DNA of 64,000 bases from Candidatus Poribacteria bacterium. Its GTDB lineage: Bacteria > Poribacteria > WGA-4E > WGA-3G. Shown here piece after piece: positions 23,299-33,438 of the stretch (position 1 is the stretch's first letter; each line of letters starts with the position of its first letter). The translations under genes were made by a program, and so were the position numbers. The stretch lies in assembly GCA_965198235.1 (NCBI GenBank), contig OZ240248.1, positions 1,248,001-1,312,000 on the forward strand, written 5' to 3'. The notes under the pieces were generated by a model, which was given only the letters and a program-made list of their open reading frames with translations, searched no databases and had not been told where the DNA came from.

Positions 23299-23501
23299 TT
23301 CGGTGAAATTTACTGTTGTAAAATTTCGGACAGGTTTCCGTTCAAATTTGACTCTCAACGCGGCTACAACCCTTTTCAAACAGTGGCGCGTTGAGAGTCA
23401 AAACTCTTCCTTGACATCGCTTGCAATTCGGTGTAAATTTTAGAGCAGTGCCAGCATAAATTTAATACACGTTCTCGCTACGAACATAAGGAGACTTAAA
23501 G

Positions 23502-23882
23502 ATGCAGGAAAAGCGATATTTTACGCTTGAAGAAGCAAATCAATGCATCCCCGAATTAGTTGATGAAATTTCACTGTTAAGAGCAATAAGAGCCCAACTC
23601 GCAGGGCTCCACGCAGAAATTACGCCACTCCTGGAGGTGGTTTCCTCCAACGGTGGCAGTAAGCGGACACCCGCATTGCTCAACGCAACTGAACGTTTTC
23701 AGGAAATTCTGGATCGGATTGAGGCACGCGGGTGTCATCTGAAAGGGCTTGACCCAGGATTAGTCGATTTCCCACACCTCCGCAACGGCAAAGAGGTCTA
23801 CCTCTGTTGGCGAATGGGTGAAAAGAAGATCCGCTACTGGCATGAAATTGAGGACGGATTTGAGGGACGGCAGTCGTTGTAG
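23502..23882 (+). CDS. DUF2203 family protein
   Basis: FTLEEAN, GLVDFP, YLCW-x-x-GE-x-x-I-x-YWH-x-x-x-x-GF-x-GR; TTGACA-17-TAAATT promoter at 23411. Confidence 0.85.
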   Translation: MQEKRYFTLEEANQCIPELVDEISLLRAIRAQLAGLHAEITPLLEVVSSNGGSKRTPALLNATERFQEILDRIEARGCHLKGLDPGLVDFPHLRNGKEVYLCWRMGEKKIRYWHEIEDGFEGRQSL

Positions 23883-23891
23883 TCAGCGCAA

Positions 23892-24674
23892 TTACGCCTT
23901 AAAAAAATGGTTCGTCGGACCGTGTCCGTGTCCGATATCCAAAGCGTGCTGGATGGCACCCGTGATATACGCCTTTGCCGTATTGATAGCATCGCTCAAA
24001 TCTTTACCGTGTGCGAGTTGTGTCGCGATTGCCGCCGAGTAGGTGCAACCTGTGCCGTGCGTGTTTTCTGTCTCGACCCGTCCCGCCTCAAAAAAAGTCC
24101 ATTGACCATCGCAGTAAAGCACATCGGTTGCCTTGTTTCCAATGAGATGTCCACCTTTGACGAGGACAGCGTGACAACCGAGTTCCGCGATCGCTTTTGC
24201 GGCATTTTTTGCATCGTCTGTGTTTCGGATGTCCTGTTGCGCGAGGAGTTCTGCCTCGTAAACGTTGGGCGTGATCACTGTCGCAAGCGGAATCAACGCT
24301 GTTTTGAGGCTATCAATTGCCGCCTCTTTTAACAGTGGAAATTTGCTTTTGGAGATCATCACTGGATCTACAACAATGGCTGGGGGTGTGTATTCCCTCA
24401 ATTTCCCCGCAACCGCCTCGACAATCGCTGGCGAGGAGAGCATCCCCGTTTTAACGCTGGCAACCTCAAAATCTGTGAAAACAGCGTCTAACTGCGCTGC
24501 AATCAGTGAAATAGGCAAGTCAAAAGCGTCTGTGACAGCGACCGTGTTCTGTGCTGTAACGGAGGTAATCGCTGACATAGCGAAGCCACCATTAGCCGAG
24601 ATCGCCTTGATGTCCGCCTGTATGCCGGCACCCCCGCCTGAATCTGAGCCTGCAATCGTTAAAATCTGTTTCAT
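23892..24674 (-). CDS. thiD: Hydroxymethylpyrimidine/phosphomethylpyrimidine kinase
   Basis: LTIAGSDSGGGAGIQADIK, VKTGML, VKGGH, NTHGTGCT. Confidence 0.97.
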   Translation of the reverse strand: MKQILTIAGSDSGGGAGIQADIKAISANGGFAMSAITSVTAQNTVAVTDAFDLPISLIAAQLDAVFTDFEVASVKTGMLSSPAIVEAVAGKLREYTPPAIVVDPVMISKSKFPLLKEAAIDSLKTALIPLATVITPNVYEAELLAQQDIRNTDDAKNAAKAIAELGCHAVLVKGGHLIGNKATDVLYCDGQWTFFEAGRVETENTHGTGCTYSAAIATQLAHGKDLSDAINTAKAYITGAIQHALDIGHGHGPTNHFFKA

Positions 24675-24886
24675 TTTTTAAACTATTAGCTCCTGGACGC
24701 TGCGCCATTACATTTCGCAGCGGTTTCTGGTTAAATCCAACGGGGTTACAGCGAAATCACGTTCTCTTTCCAGGAACCATCGTGAAACGTTTTTTTACGA
24801 TTGACCTTCGCGCTCCCCTCCATTCCATTACGGGCAGGTTTTAGATGAATTCAGTTACGTTCATCAAAAACCATCGTGGAATGAAA

Positions 24887-25576
24887 TTAGGTTTCCTTAA
24901 ATGGCATAATTTTGCTTCGCAGCGAGAATGCTTTACATTTGGAACGATGCGCGAGGGCCAAAGAATTTAAAAAACGTTTTGCTTGTATGCCTGCACCTTT
25001 GGGTGACATAACACCTGACATGACAGCCACCCCGAAGGCTCCCGCGGTTAAACATTCCGGTACGCGTGCGGGTGTGATGCCTCCCAATGCGAAGACTGGC
25101 AGTTTCACGCCTTCGACCACCTCAGCGAGGCTCGCTGTGCCGACAGCGGGACCGTATCCGGGTTTGCTTGCTGTCCGGTAGATAGGACTGTAGGTCACGA
25201 AATCAGCACCTTCTGCTTCCCGTTTTTTTGCCGCATCAAAATAGTGCACTGAGCACCCAATATAGAAATTATCGCCTGTTTCTGCCTTTACGGAATCTAC
25301 GGGTTCTGCATTCGCTGGAAGATGAACCCCCGCAGCACCGACATCACTGGCAACACACGTATGTGTATTGATAAAAAGATTTGCTTCGTAATTGTGACAC
25401 AACGCTGCAATCGGTTGTGCCAATTTAATCAACTCAGTGTCGCTTAAATCTTTCTCACGTAATTGGAAAGCGGTGACTCCGGCATCCAGCAACTCCGAAA
25501 CAACATCGACTAATGGAGTGGGCGCACATTGGTGTCTATCAGTAATGGCGTACAACCTAAAATCAACTCTTTTAAT
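24887..25576 (-). CDS. thiE: Thiamine phosphate synthase; start uncertain (ATT 25576 or TTG 25555)
   Basis: LYAITD, QLREK, GVHLP, G-x-S-x-H, SP-x-x-x-T-x-SK, ALGGI; adjacent to thiD. Confidence 0.85.
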   Translation of the reverse strand: MKRVDFRLYAITDRHQCAPTPLVDVVSELLDAGVTAFQLREKDLSDTELIKLAQPIAALCHNYEANLFINTHTCVASDVGAAGVHLPANAEPVDSVKAETGDNFYIGCSVHYFDAAKKREAEGADFVTYSPIYRTASKPGYGPAVGTASLAEVVEGVKLPVFALGGITPARVPECLTAGAFGVAVMSGVMSPKGAGIQAKRFLNSLALAHRSKCKAFSLRSKIMPFKET

Positions 25577-25759
25577 TTTCCTTGCGGTTCGGTAAGGCGG
25601 GTTTAGATACTGACGTGCCTTTCCGTAGATCCGCCCTCCATTTCATTACAGGCTACGGTTTTGACTGATGCTCTAAAGGAAACCCATCTTTTAATTTACC
25701 TGTATCAGTTAGGAAGTTGCGAAGTTGGAAAATTCTAACTTCCTAACTTTCGCACACTT

Positions 25760-27151
25760 CTAAACTTCTTTTCGGAGACGTGCCGCGAATGTTCCGTCAA
25801 CCCCGTGTTCATGTGGAAATGTCTGGACAAAGCCTTGTGATGTTATTGCACTCGGCGGAACATCGGGCAGGAAACGTCGTGCGTTTTCTATCGTATACAT
25901 CGGAAAGTCTGCCAAAAATCGCTGGATGACTTCCTCGTTTTCCATCGGTTCTACGCTACACGTACTGTAGACGAGAATACCCCCCGGTTTGATATGTGCT
26001 GCTGCGTTCTTCAGTAGATTATATTGTAGCTCGCTGAGGGCGCGAACCTGTTCGAGTGTTTTGTTCCATCGGATGTCAGGATGCCGCCGAAGCGTTCCGA
26101 ATCCTGAACAAGGGGCATCGATAAGCACGGCATCCGCTGTTTTGATAAACTCGAGGTCGGTTTTCGTCGCGTTCATTACGCGGGTCTCAACGTTGTGCGC
26201 ATCGACGCGCCGGCAGTTTTTTTGCAACAATGCTATTTTTTCTGCTGAGGCATCCACGGCGATAATTTTTCCGGTATTCCTCATGAGGTGTGCCAAATGC
26301 GTCGTCTTGCCACCCGGCGCGGCACACAGGTCTACTATGAATTCCGCGTCCTCCGGTGAGAGTAAATGTGCCACTAACATGGCACTCTCGTCTTGGACAT
26401 AGATGTCATTTCTGTTAAGGATATCCTTCAATTGCATCGCAGTGGAATTTTGCTCAGCAGCGTCGAAAGTGGTAATTGTGCGGTTTTCGAGTACTATCCC
26501 ATCGGGTGCAATTTTGGAATGGGATGCGGGTAAGCCTTTCATTTCCAAAGATTGGCAAACTTCTTCGCGTTGTGTCAGGAGGGTGTTTACACGGAACGCA
26601 AGCGGTGCGATTTGGTTGCTCGCGCGGCAAAACGCCAGCGTCCACGAAACGCCGCGTGTTTGAAGCCATTGCTTTACTAACCACGTTGGGTAGGACAGCG
26701 AAAACGCAATATGTTCAGTCGGGTTTGCATCGAGTGGTGGATAGGCGACTGTTACGCCTTCACGTTGGATAGAGCGGAGCACTGCATTGATAAACCCCGC
26801 GGTCTTTCGTCCACGTGAGGATTTGCGTGGATCGGAAGTAGCAAGCTGAACGGTTTCAAAAATCGCTGCGTGGGCAGGTATCCCATCGAGGTGTAGCAGT
26901 TGGAACGCGCCAAGCCGTAGGATATTACGATGCCTCGCGTCTAACTGAAATTTGGGATTGATAAACTGATTGAGCACCCAGTCGAGTTGCTTCTGCCACC
27001 GAATAACGCCGTAGACGAGCCCATTTACCAATCGGCGTTCGCGCCCGTCAATTGCGTACCGTCCAAAAGCACTGTCGACAACGGATGATATTGACGCGCT
27101 GCTGTGCGAGAGGGTCAACAGACATTCTAAGGCGACTATGCGCGCGTTCAT
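25760..27151 (-). CDS. rsmB: 16S rRNA m5C967 methyltransferase (NusB-like plus NOL1/NOP2 domain)
   Basis: QDESAM, DLCAAPGGKT, DAPCSG-x-G, PDI-x-W, YSTCS. Confidence 0.95.
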   Translation of the reverse strand: MNARIVALECLLTLSHSSASISSVVDSAFGRYAIDGRERRLVNGLVYGVIRWQKQLDWVLNQFINPKFQLDARHRNILRLGAFQLLHLDGIPAHAAIFETVQLATSDPRKSSRGRKTAGFINAVLRSIQREGVTVAYPPLDANPTEHIAFSLSYPTWLVKQWLQTRGVSWTLAFCRASNQIAPLAFRVNTLLTQREEVCQSLEMKGLPASHSKIAPDGIVLENRTITTFDAAEQNSTAMQLKDILNRNDIYVQDESAMLVAHLLSPEDAEFIVDLCAAPGGKTTHLAHLMRNTGKIIAVDASAEKIALLQKNCRRVDAHNVETRVMNATKTDLEFIKTADAVLIDAPCSGFGTLRRHPDIRWNKTLEQVRALSELQYNLLKNAAAHIKPGGILVYSTCSVEPMENEEVIQRFLADFPMYTIENARRFLPDVPPSAITSQGFVQTFPHEHGVDGTFAARLRKEV

Positions 27152-27245
27152 ATCTCGCGATAACGCGAGGTTTCGGATTCACTGTTCCGATGCCTCGCGA
27201 GCCTCCTTTGTTTTGACAGCAATTCGTCTAATAGTAAAGTCAAAA

Positions 27246-27518
27246 TTACGCTGCTTCCGCAGTGAGGACATTCAATTTGCGGGTGAGTCGGGACTTTTGA
27301 CGGTTCGCTGTCCCTTTTTTGATAACACCTTTACCAGCAGCTCTATCTAAGAGGCTTCCCATGGTTCGGCACAATTCCTGTGCTGTTTCGATGTCCCCTT
27401 CCGCAAGGGCTGTTTCTGTCTGTTTCATCACTGTCCGAAGCATTGATTTACGGTGTCGATTGCGTGTCCGCTTTGTTTTGTCAGCACGTGCATGTTTCTT
27501 TGCAGATTGTCGATGCAA
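27246..27518 (-). CDS. rpsT: 30S ribosomal protein S20
   Basis: SAKK...RN...KS-x-LRT, LD-x-AA-x-KGVI, A-x-R-x-KSRL; GGGAG RBS before TTG. Confidence 0.92.
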   Translation of the reverse strand: MHRQSAKKHARADKTKRTRNRHRKSMLRTVMKQTETALAEGDIETAQELCRTMGSLLDRAAGKGVIKKGTANRQKSRLTRKLNVLTAEAA

Positions 27519-27865
27519 AACGAATACTCCCTTATTGGTTGTCAGTTTTAATAGTTATCGGCTTTCGGCGGTCAGTAAAGAGGTTCTCTGATAAATCAGG
27601 GTCCTCTTGCTGACCCCTGACAGCCAATATAAATGTGTGTACTTAATGATACCACAAAATATCGGGTTTGTCCATATTTTTTTTCTGAAATCCTAAGCCA
27701 TTTAGCCGCTGCAATAGTAGCCGCTCAATAGTGATCTCTCTTCTGTAGGCCCGAGTTCCTGATCGCGACTCTCAGTCTCCAAAAGCGGAATCGTTCTGGA
27801 ATGGACGCGTTTCTATTTGATTTCTCTCCACAAAGGCGGTAAAATATATATCAAAGGAGAATGCT

Positions 27866-29641
27866 TTGATGAAATTACCGTCCCTTCTACTGATTTTCAC
27901 GATTGGCATCGGATTTTGCACCGCTCTGGCGGCACCCCAAGATACCATTGACACACCTCCCTGGCAACCTACAGGACAATACATACATCCCGATATTCGA
28001 GAGAGCTCCGGCATCGTCGCAAGTCGACAGTTTGAAGGTGTCTATTGGACCCTCAACGACTCTGGGAACCCCGCAGCACTGTACGCCACAAAACTCAATG
28101 GCGAATTAATCCAAGAGGTCGCAGTACGCGGTTCCGGGAACTTCGATTGGGAGGCACTCGGTATTGACAACAAAAATCAACTCTGGATCGGTGAAATTGG
28201 TAATAACAGCAGGTTGCGATTCGATCTGAAGATCGTTGTCGTTGCAGAGCCAGATCCGTTCACTGAGACGGAAACGGAGGTCATCGCAAGTTATCCGTAT
28301 CGATACCCCAATGAAAATGTAGATGCCGAAGGACTTTTTGTTGTGGAAGATATCCCCTATATCGTCTCTAAAGAGCGAGAACGCGCCGTGCTTTACCGTT
28401 TCCCTTCACTGCAAGCGGATACAAAACAGGTATTAGAGAGCGTTGGTGAATTCACCGGAGCAAAGTTTGCGACAGGTGCCGGGGTGTCAGAGGACGGAAC
28501 TTGCCTTGCCCTCTGTACTTACGACGCACTCTGGGTATATCACGGCACAGCGGGTGATTTAGCACAGATGATTCAGAGCACACCATGGCACTTACCTCAC
28601 AGTTTCTATGGGGAAGCAGTCTGTTTTGATGGCTATGATCTCGTCTTAACCAATGAGGCACGAGACATCTTCTACCTCCCACAATTTTGGTATGAGAAGG
28701 AGTGGACATTACCACCCCAGGACACCCACTCGGCTATTGACCTATTGCCTGAGACAACAACACACGGCATAGCGGTTCAAACAGGAAGCTACCGAGCGGA
28801 GGGCATTGATATTGGTGGAAGTTATGTCACTTTCACGCCGGAAACTGTAGGGAAGACAGGATACCTGACCGTTCCGATTGAAGTGCCTTACAGAGATGTT
28901 TATGAAATTCGTGCTATTTTAACGCGTGGACGGGAGTATGCGCGCGTCCAATTGTCTGTAGACGACACAATGGTCGGAGCCCCTTACGATTGCTATTCTT
29001 CTGAGCCGATAGCTGGGACGCTGGTTTCATTTGGGACTGCCCCTTTGAATGCCGGTGAAAATCAGCTTGTGTTCAGTATTGTCGGAAAAGCCTCCGAAGC
29101 CACAGACTATAAAGTTGGTATGGATTCCTATCAAGTATTAAACGCTTCTCCTTATGTGGAACGCTACGCGGTTTTAGGTCCGTTTCCCAAAACAGATGTT
29201 GCTACGGTTGATGAATTGCTGCGGTCTGGCAGTCGATTGGACTTGGAGAAAACTTACATAGGTGTTGATGGCAAAGTCGTCCACTGGCAGGAAGCAACTT
29301 CAAGGGAGGACGGTTATCTCGATTTACGCAAAGACCTCAGTCCTACCCCAATGACTGTCGGGTACACGTTGGTATACGTCCACGCGCCGAAGACGACCGA
29401 TTCTGTAATGTTGATTGGAAGCGATGACGAAATCGCTATTTGGTTAAACGGAACTGAAATTCACCGGAAGCGTATCGACGCTGGAGCAACGGCGGATGCA
29501 GATGCGATTTCGTGTCAACTGAAAGCAGGATGGAACACGGTTCTGTGCCAAAAAGTCGATCTTGGCTGGTCGTGGGGACTCTATTTGCGATTCACGGACG
29601 CAGATGGAATTCTCAAATATGCCACCCAACTAACAGACTAA
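27866..29641 (+). CDS. Secreted multidomain protein (beta-propeller N-terminus, beta-sandwich C-terminal domains)
   Basis: Signal peptide; ESSG, WTLNDSG, DWEAL, GEIGNN, DAEG propeller motifs; GSDD...WLNG...L-x-x-GWN C-terminal domain. Confidence 0.65.
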   Translation: MMKLPSLLLIFTIGIGFCTALAAPQDTIDTPPWQPTGQYIHPDIRESSGIVASRQFEGVYWTLNDSGNPAALYATKLNGELIQEVAVRGSGNFDWEALGIDNKNQLWIGEIGNNSRLRFDLKIVVVAEPDPFTETETEVIASYPYRYPNENVDAEGLFVVEDIPYIVSKERERAVLYRFPSLQADTKQVLESVGEFTGAKFATGAGVSEDGTCLALCTYDALWVYHGTAGDLAQMIQSTPWHLPHSFYGEAVCFDGYDLVLTNEARDIFYLPQFWYEKEWTLPPQDTHSAIDLLPETTTHGIAVQTGSYRAEGIDIGGSYVTFTPETVGKTGYLTVPIEVPYRDVYEIRAILTRGREYARVQLSVDDTMVGAPYDCYSSEPIAGTLVSFGTAPLNAGENQLVFSIVGKASEATDYKVGMDSYQVLNASPYVERYAVLGPFPKTDVATVDELLRSGSRLDLEKTYIGVDGKVVHWQEATSREDGYLDLRKDLSPTPMTVGYTLVYVHAPKTTDSVMLIGSDDEIAIWLNGTEIHRKRIDAGATADADAISCQLKAGWNTVLCQKVDLGWSWGLYLRFTDADGILKYATQLTD

Positions 29642-30010
29642 AAAGCGACATTTCATTAGGGTTTAACTCCACTATTCCTTTCTGATATAGTTTTCAACCT
29701 CCCTTGAGTCTACCAACCCCTTTCTTTAAATTTCCTATCTATAGAAGAGGGTGTTGCGTAACTGTGGTGAATTATCAAAATATGTGGGCATTCACCAATA
29801 GCAGCATCGTTCTTGAAGGTTCCAAAGTCCCCCTGATAAGGGGGATTTAGGGGGTTTCTTGCAACCCGAAATCATCAGAAATCATTATTAAGGTGATACC
29901 CTCCTGTAGAAAACTAAACCATCCCACCTGTACCCATTTTCATTAATTCAACGTTAAGCGTTGTAGATACATATATCACTAACTTCAAAAATAGCAATGG
30001 GGTATATCCG

Positions 30011-31945
30011 ATGCAATTCAATTTTCTTCGATGGAGTAGACAACGCCTGCTGCAAATCGTACAAAAAGTCGGTATCGTCGGAATGATGTTGGCAGCCGTA
30101 TCCGTTTCTGCGGGAACTTCCAGCATAAGCCAACGGGATATTTTTGTCGGAGCAAGTGCACGCGCCGTCGGCATGGGCAGTGCTTTCACCGCAGGTCCCT
30201 CCGCAAACAACGGTTTTCTATGGAATCCGTCTTCATTAGGATTTATGGAAGGTGTGGAAGTCAATATGGGTGGGATGCCGTTTCCGGGAAATTTCCCAAG
30301 CCGCGATCAGGCGTTTTCAGTCGCCGCGAATCCGCAGACGTTCGGTGTGACGAACAGAAATTTAGGAAATGTCTCCTTCGCGACGTGGCTTGATGGGTGG
30401 AAAAATAACACAACGGAGTCTACACAGATTGTCCTTTTAGGATACGGACTTGCGCTCAGTCAGCGTGCCTCGGCGGGTGCGAACCTACGCTACTATCAGA
30501 ACAACACACCCATCAGAACCAATTTTCTCTGGAGTGTGGACTTAGGGATGCAGTTCGCCTATCCATTACAAAAATGGGGTGATTCGGTAACCGTGGGCAT
30601 GAACTTCTCCGAATTGAGCAGCGGTATTCGTGAGAACGGCGTACTTCTTGAGAGTGCACCCTTAGCGGCACGCTTCGGGACAACTTATGAGTTAGGCGGG
30701 GACACACTCTTTTCCGCAGACCTCGCTGTCCGAGGTAAGAACGACGTAAATTGGGGTGAGCGGCTCCGATTGCACTTCGGTGCGGAACATTGGTTCATTG
30801 ATGGGCATATCGGGCTGCGCTTCGGTTATACTGCTTTGACCGCTTCTGAAAGGTTCTGGAGTGGTGAATTGGCACGGGGACTTAGTTTCCGAAATTCCGC
30901 TGGACAACTCGATTATGCCTATGTCAGTGGCAGTGAATTGGAGCAAGGCGTGCATTGGATCTCCGCGACGTTACGCTGGGACGGAGGCGACATAGCACCC
31001 GTATCGGTGGCAACCCGTACCGAGGCATCTGATGTCGATGAAACCGCCACGATCTTAATGCCGACAACACTCGAAATAGACCCTGAAACCATTGATGGAG
31101 AGTTGGATCTCTCCGAACCCGCAATTTCACCGAATGGCGATGGTGTTTCGGATAGCACCACATTTCGCTTGCGTCTTGGAGAAAATGGCACCCTACCCCT
31201 ACGGTGGCTGTTGGACATCCGGGATGAGTATATCGAAAGCGTGTGGGAGAAATCTGGGACAGGTGTGCCAGCAGAAGGTATCGTCTGGGATGGCTTCGCA
31301 GATACCGGCAACTTGGTCCCTGATGGAAATTACGAGGTTCAGTTCCACATTCTCGACACACAAGACACACGATACCTCATAGATACCGAGACAGTGACAG
31401 TAGACCTCATTCCAACGACATTGGAGCTTTTCGCGAAAACACCGACAACTGTCGGTGTGAAGGCGTGGGACATCAATCCGCTTGCACATTGGAAACTTGA
31501 ACTTTTCAACGCAGGGAACGCGCTTGTCGAGCAGGCGGAGGGAAATGGTTCACCTCCTGCCGAAGTCGTTTTGAGCAAGATTCAAGCGGATCCGAACGCT
31601 GTGTACACTGGCAAGTTACACGTTCAGGACATTGCTGGCAATCGGAGCACGGAACAAACGCAGCTACAGTTTGGGGTGAACAATCATCCAAGAAGAGCGT
31701 CTATGTCCAAGATGACACTTATGGTGGGTTCATTCGTAGAACTTTACTACGCTGAAGCTATGGAAGAAAGATTACGGTTGCAGAATCCAAATCAGAAGGT
31801 TGCTCTCCGTGTTGCTACTGTTGACGGAAAAACTATGCACCGCGTAACAATCGGTGAGTTCAGCACACGGGCAGAATCAGCAGAGTTGAAGCAACACATT
31901 CAAGAGACACTCGGAATCGAACCCGTGTTGATCACACTCCAATAA
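30011..31945 (+). CDS. PorV/FadL-like outer-membrane barrel fused to FlgD-Ig-like and SPOR domains
   Basis: GASARAVGMGSAF...WNPSSL, alternating beta strands ending DYAY...HWIS, ISPNGDGVSD, WDG...G-x-x-VPDG-x-Y, C-terminal VGSF...HRV-x-IG-x-F-x-x-R-x-E. Confidence 0.65.
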   Translation: MQFNFLRWSRQRLLQIVQKVGIVGMMLAAVSVSAGTSSISQRDIFVGASARAVGMGSAFTAGPSANNGFLWNPSSLGFMEGVEVNMGGMPFPGNFPSRDQAFSVAANPQTFGVTNRNLGNVSFATWLDGWKNNTTESTQIVLLGYGLALSQRASAGANLRYYQNNTPIRTNFLWSVDLGMQFAYPLQKWGDSVTVGMNFSELSSGIRENGVLLESAPLAARFGTTYELGGDTLFSADLAVRGKNDVNWGERLRLHFGAEHWFIDGHIGLRFGYTALTASERFWSGELARGLSFRNSAGQLDYAYVSGSELEQGVHWISATLRWDGGDIAPVSVATRTEASDVDETATILMPTTLEIDPETIDGELDLSEPAISPNGDGVSDSTTFRLRLGENGTLPLRWLLDIRDEYIESVWEKSGTGVPAEGIVWDGFADTGNLVPDGNYEVQFHILDTQDTRYLIDTETVTVDLIPTTLELFAKTPTTVGVKAWDINPLAHWKLELFNAGNALVEQAEGNGSPPAEVVLSKIQADPNAVYTGKLHVQDIAGNRSTEQTQLQFGVNNHPRRASMSKMTLMVGSFVELYYAEAMEERLRLQNPNQKVALRVATVDGKTMHRVTIGEFSTRAESAELKQHIQETLGIEPVLITLQ

Positions 31946-32125
31946 CAATCCAGATCTGGTAGGTGTTTTTGTTAATGGCTGTCGGAAACCGTCAGCGATC
32001 ATTTTCCCTCAGTGGAGTCCTTCGTCCCCGCTGGCGAGGTTTCTAACCTCGCCCTTTCCCCAACAGCGGTAGGTGCGGTTTCCTAACCGCACCGGATCAC
32101 TTCATATCCCGTCCTCTGCTCCTTA

Positions 32126-33343
32126 GTGGTTCACTCGCTAAGAATTTGTGATATAATTCTCCTATCTATTGAATTGAAATGGAAAGGAGAATTTAGATGG
32201 GCAAACGTATACATCACCTTCGGGAAGTCAGTGAAGCAGAAGTCTCACAACTAAGGATCCTGTCTAACTCACAGACAGACTCGTATCGGAGTGTGCAGCG
32301 CGCCAAGTTGATAGTCAGCATGATTGATGATGACACACTGACAGCCTCTAAAGCCGCAAAGCAAGTTGGTTTCAAATCAGAGGTTTCCGGTGCGTATTGG
32401 GTCAATCGGTTCAACGAAGAAGGTGTCAAAGGTCTTTCGGATAAACCGCGAAGTGGCAAACCGCAGACGCATTCAATGCGAGTGCGGAGTCAACTCATTG
32501 ATTTAGCGATGCGCAAACCTCGTCGGCTAGGTTATCCCTTCGAGGTGTGGACGCTGAAACGACTGCAAAGTGCCTTCAAGGAAAGAGAAGGGGTTCATCT
32601 CTCGGATTCGACGATATGGGAGTGGTTGAAAAACGAGGGGTTGCGTTGGAAGCGTCAACAGAGCTGGTTTGGTGATGCCGAAAAACACGACGAGGCGTTT
32701 GTAGAAAAAAGGGGGCGATAATTGAGGCGTATACCAAGCGACCCCCTCAGACGCGTGTCATTTGTATTGACGAGATGGGTCCGATAGCCGTGAAAACGTA
32801 TCGGGGTGAGGTCTGGCAACCGGGTTTGAATCGTGCGACTTTTGAGCCGGACTACGGACGTAGAGGGAAAGTGTGGGTGCATGGCGCATTTGAACCGGCA
32901 ACAGGTCAAGCGGAGATCGTGCTATCGCCTCGCAGAGACACAGCGAGTCATATTCAACTCATTGAGAAAGTGATAGATAAGTTTGCCTGCGAGAGGTGGT
33001 TACTCATTGAAGACAATCTTTCGACACATCACAGTCGTGATGTGAAGACAGCTTTATTAGCGTGGCCGGAGGTGCGGGTGCAGTTTATTCCGAAATATGC
33101 GTGTTGGTTGAACTTAATAGAACCTTGGTGGAAACAGTTGAGGTCTTTGGCATTGAAAGGTAGGCGATTTGAGACGCTGGATGAGTTGACCGATGCGCTC
33201 AACGGTGCCGTTTGTTGGTGGAATGCGCATAAATACCCTTACCGGTGGAAGAAAGAGCCGCAACAGCAACCCAGCTACAAGTTAGGTGCTTATGGGACTA
33301 GCATCGAAAAAAATATAACTCAACAACTTAGCGAGTGAACCAC
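32126..33343 (+). mobile_element. IS630-family insertion sequence (1218 bp)
   Basis: Perfect TIRs GTGGTTCACTCGCTAAG / CTTAGCGAGTGAACCAC, flanked by TTA on both sides. Confidence 0.9.
32197..33338 (+). CDS. IS630 transposase, OrfA (32197-32721) joined to OrfB by a -1 frameshift
   Basis: HTH OrfA; slippery AAAAAAG at 32705-32711; the -1 frame reads GAIIEAY...CIDEMGP, EDNLSTH, WLNLIE (DDE). Confidence 0.88.
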
Positions 33344-33438
33344 TTAGTCCTGTAGGGACGATATGTTTATAGAAAAGCGTTTCCCGCTCCTCTTTGGTTT
33401 TCCATAGAGGTAGTATGCTTACAGGGTCTTTTCTATGA

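Noticed and set aside
24675-25760. TPP riboswitch near thiE/thiD
   Set aside because: No CTGAGA/ACCTG-type conserved core is recognisable; the intergenic DNA consists of repeats.
32705-32775. IS630 transposase as a broken pseudogene
   Set aside because: The AAAAAAG slippery site and continuous -1 frame match programmed frameshifting typical of the family.
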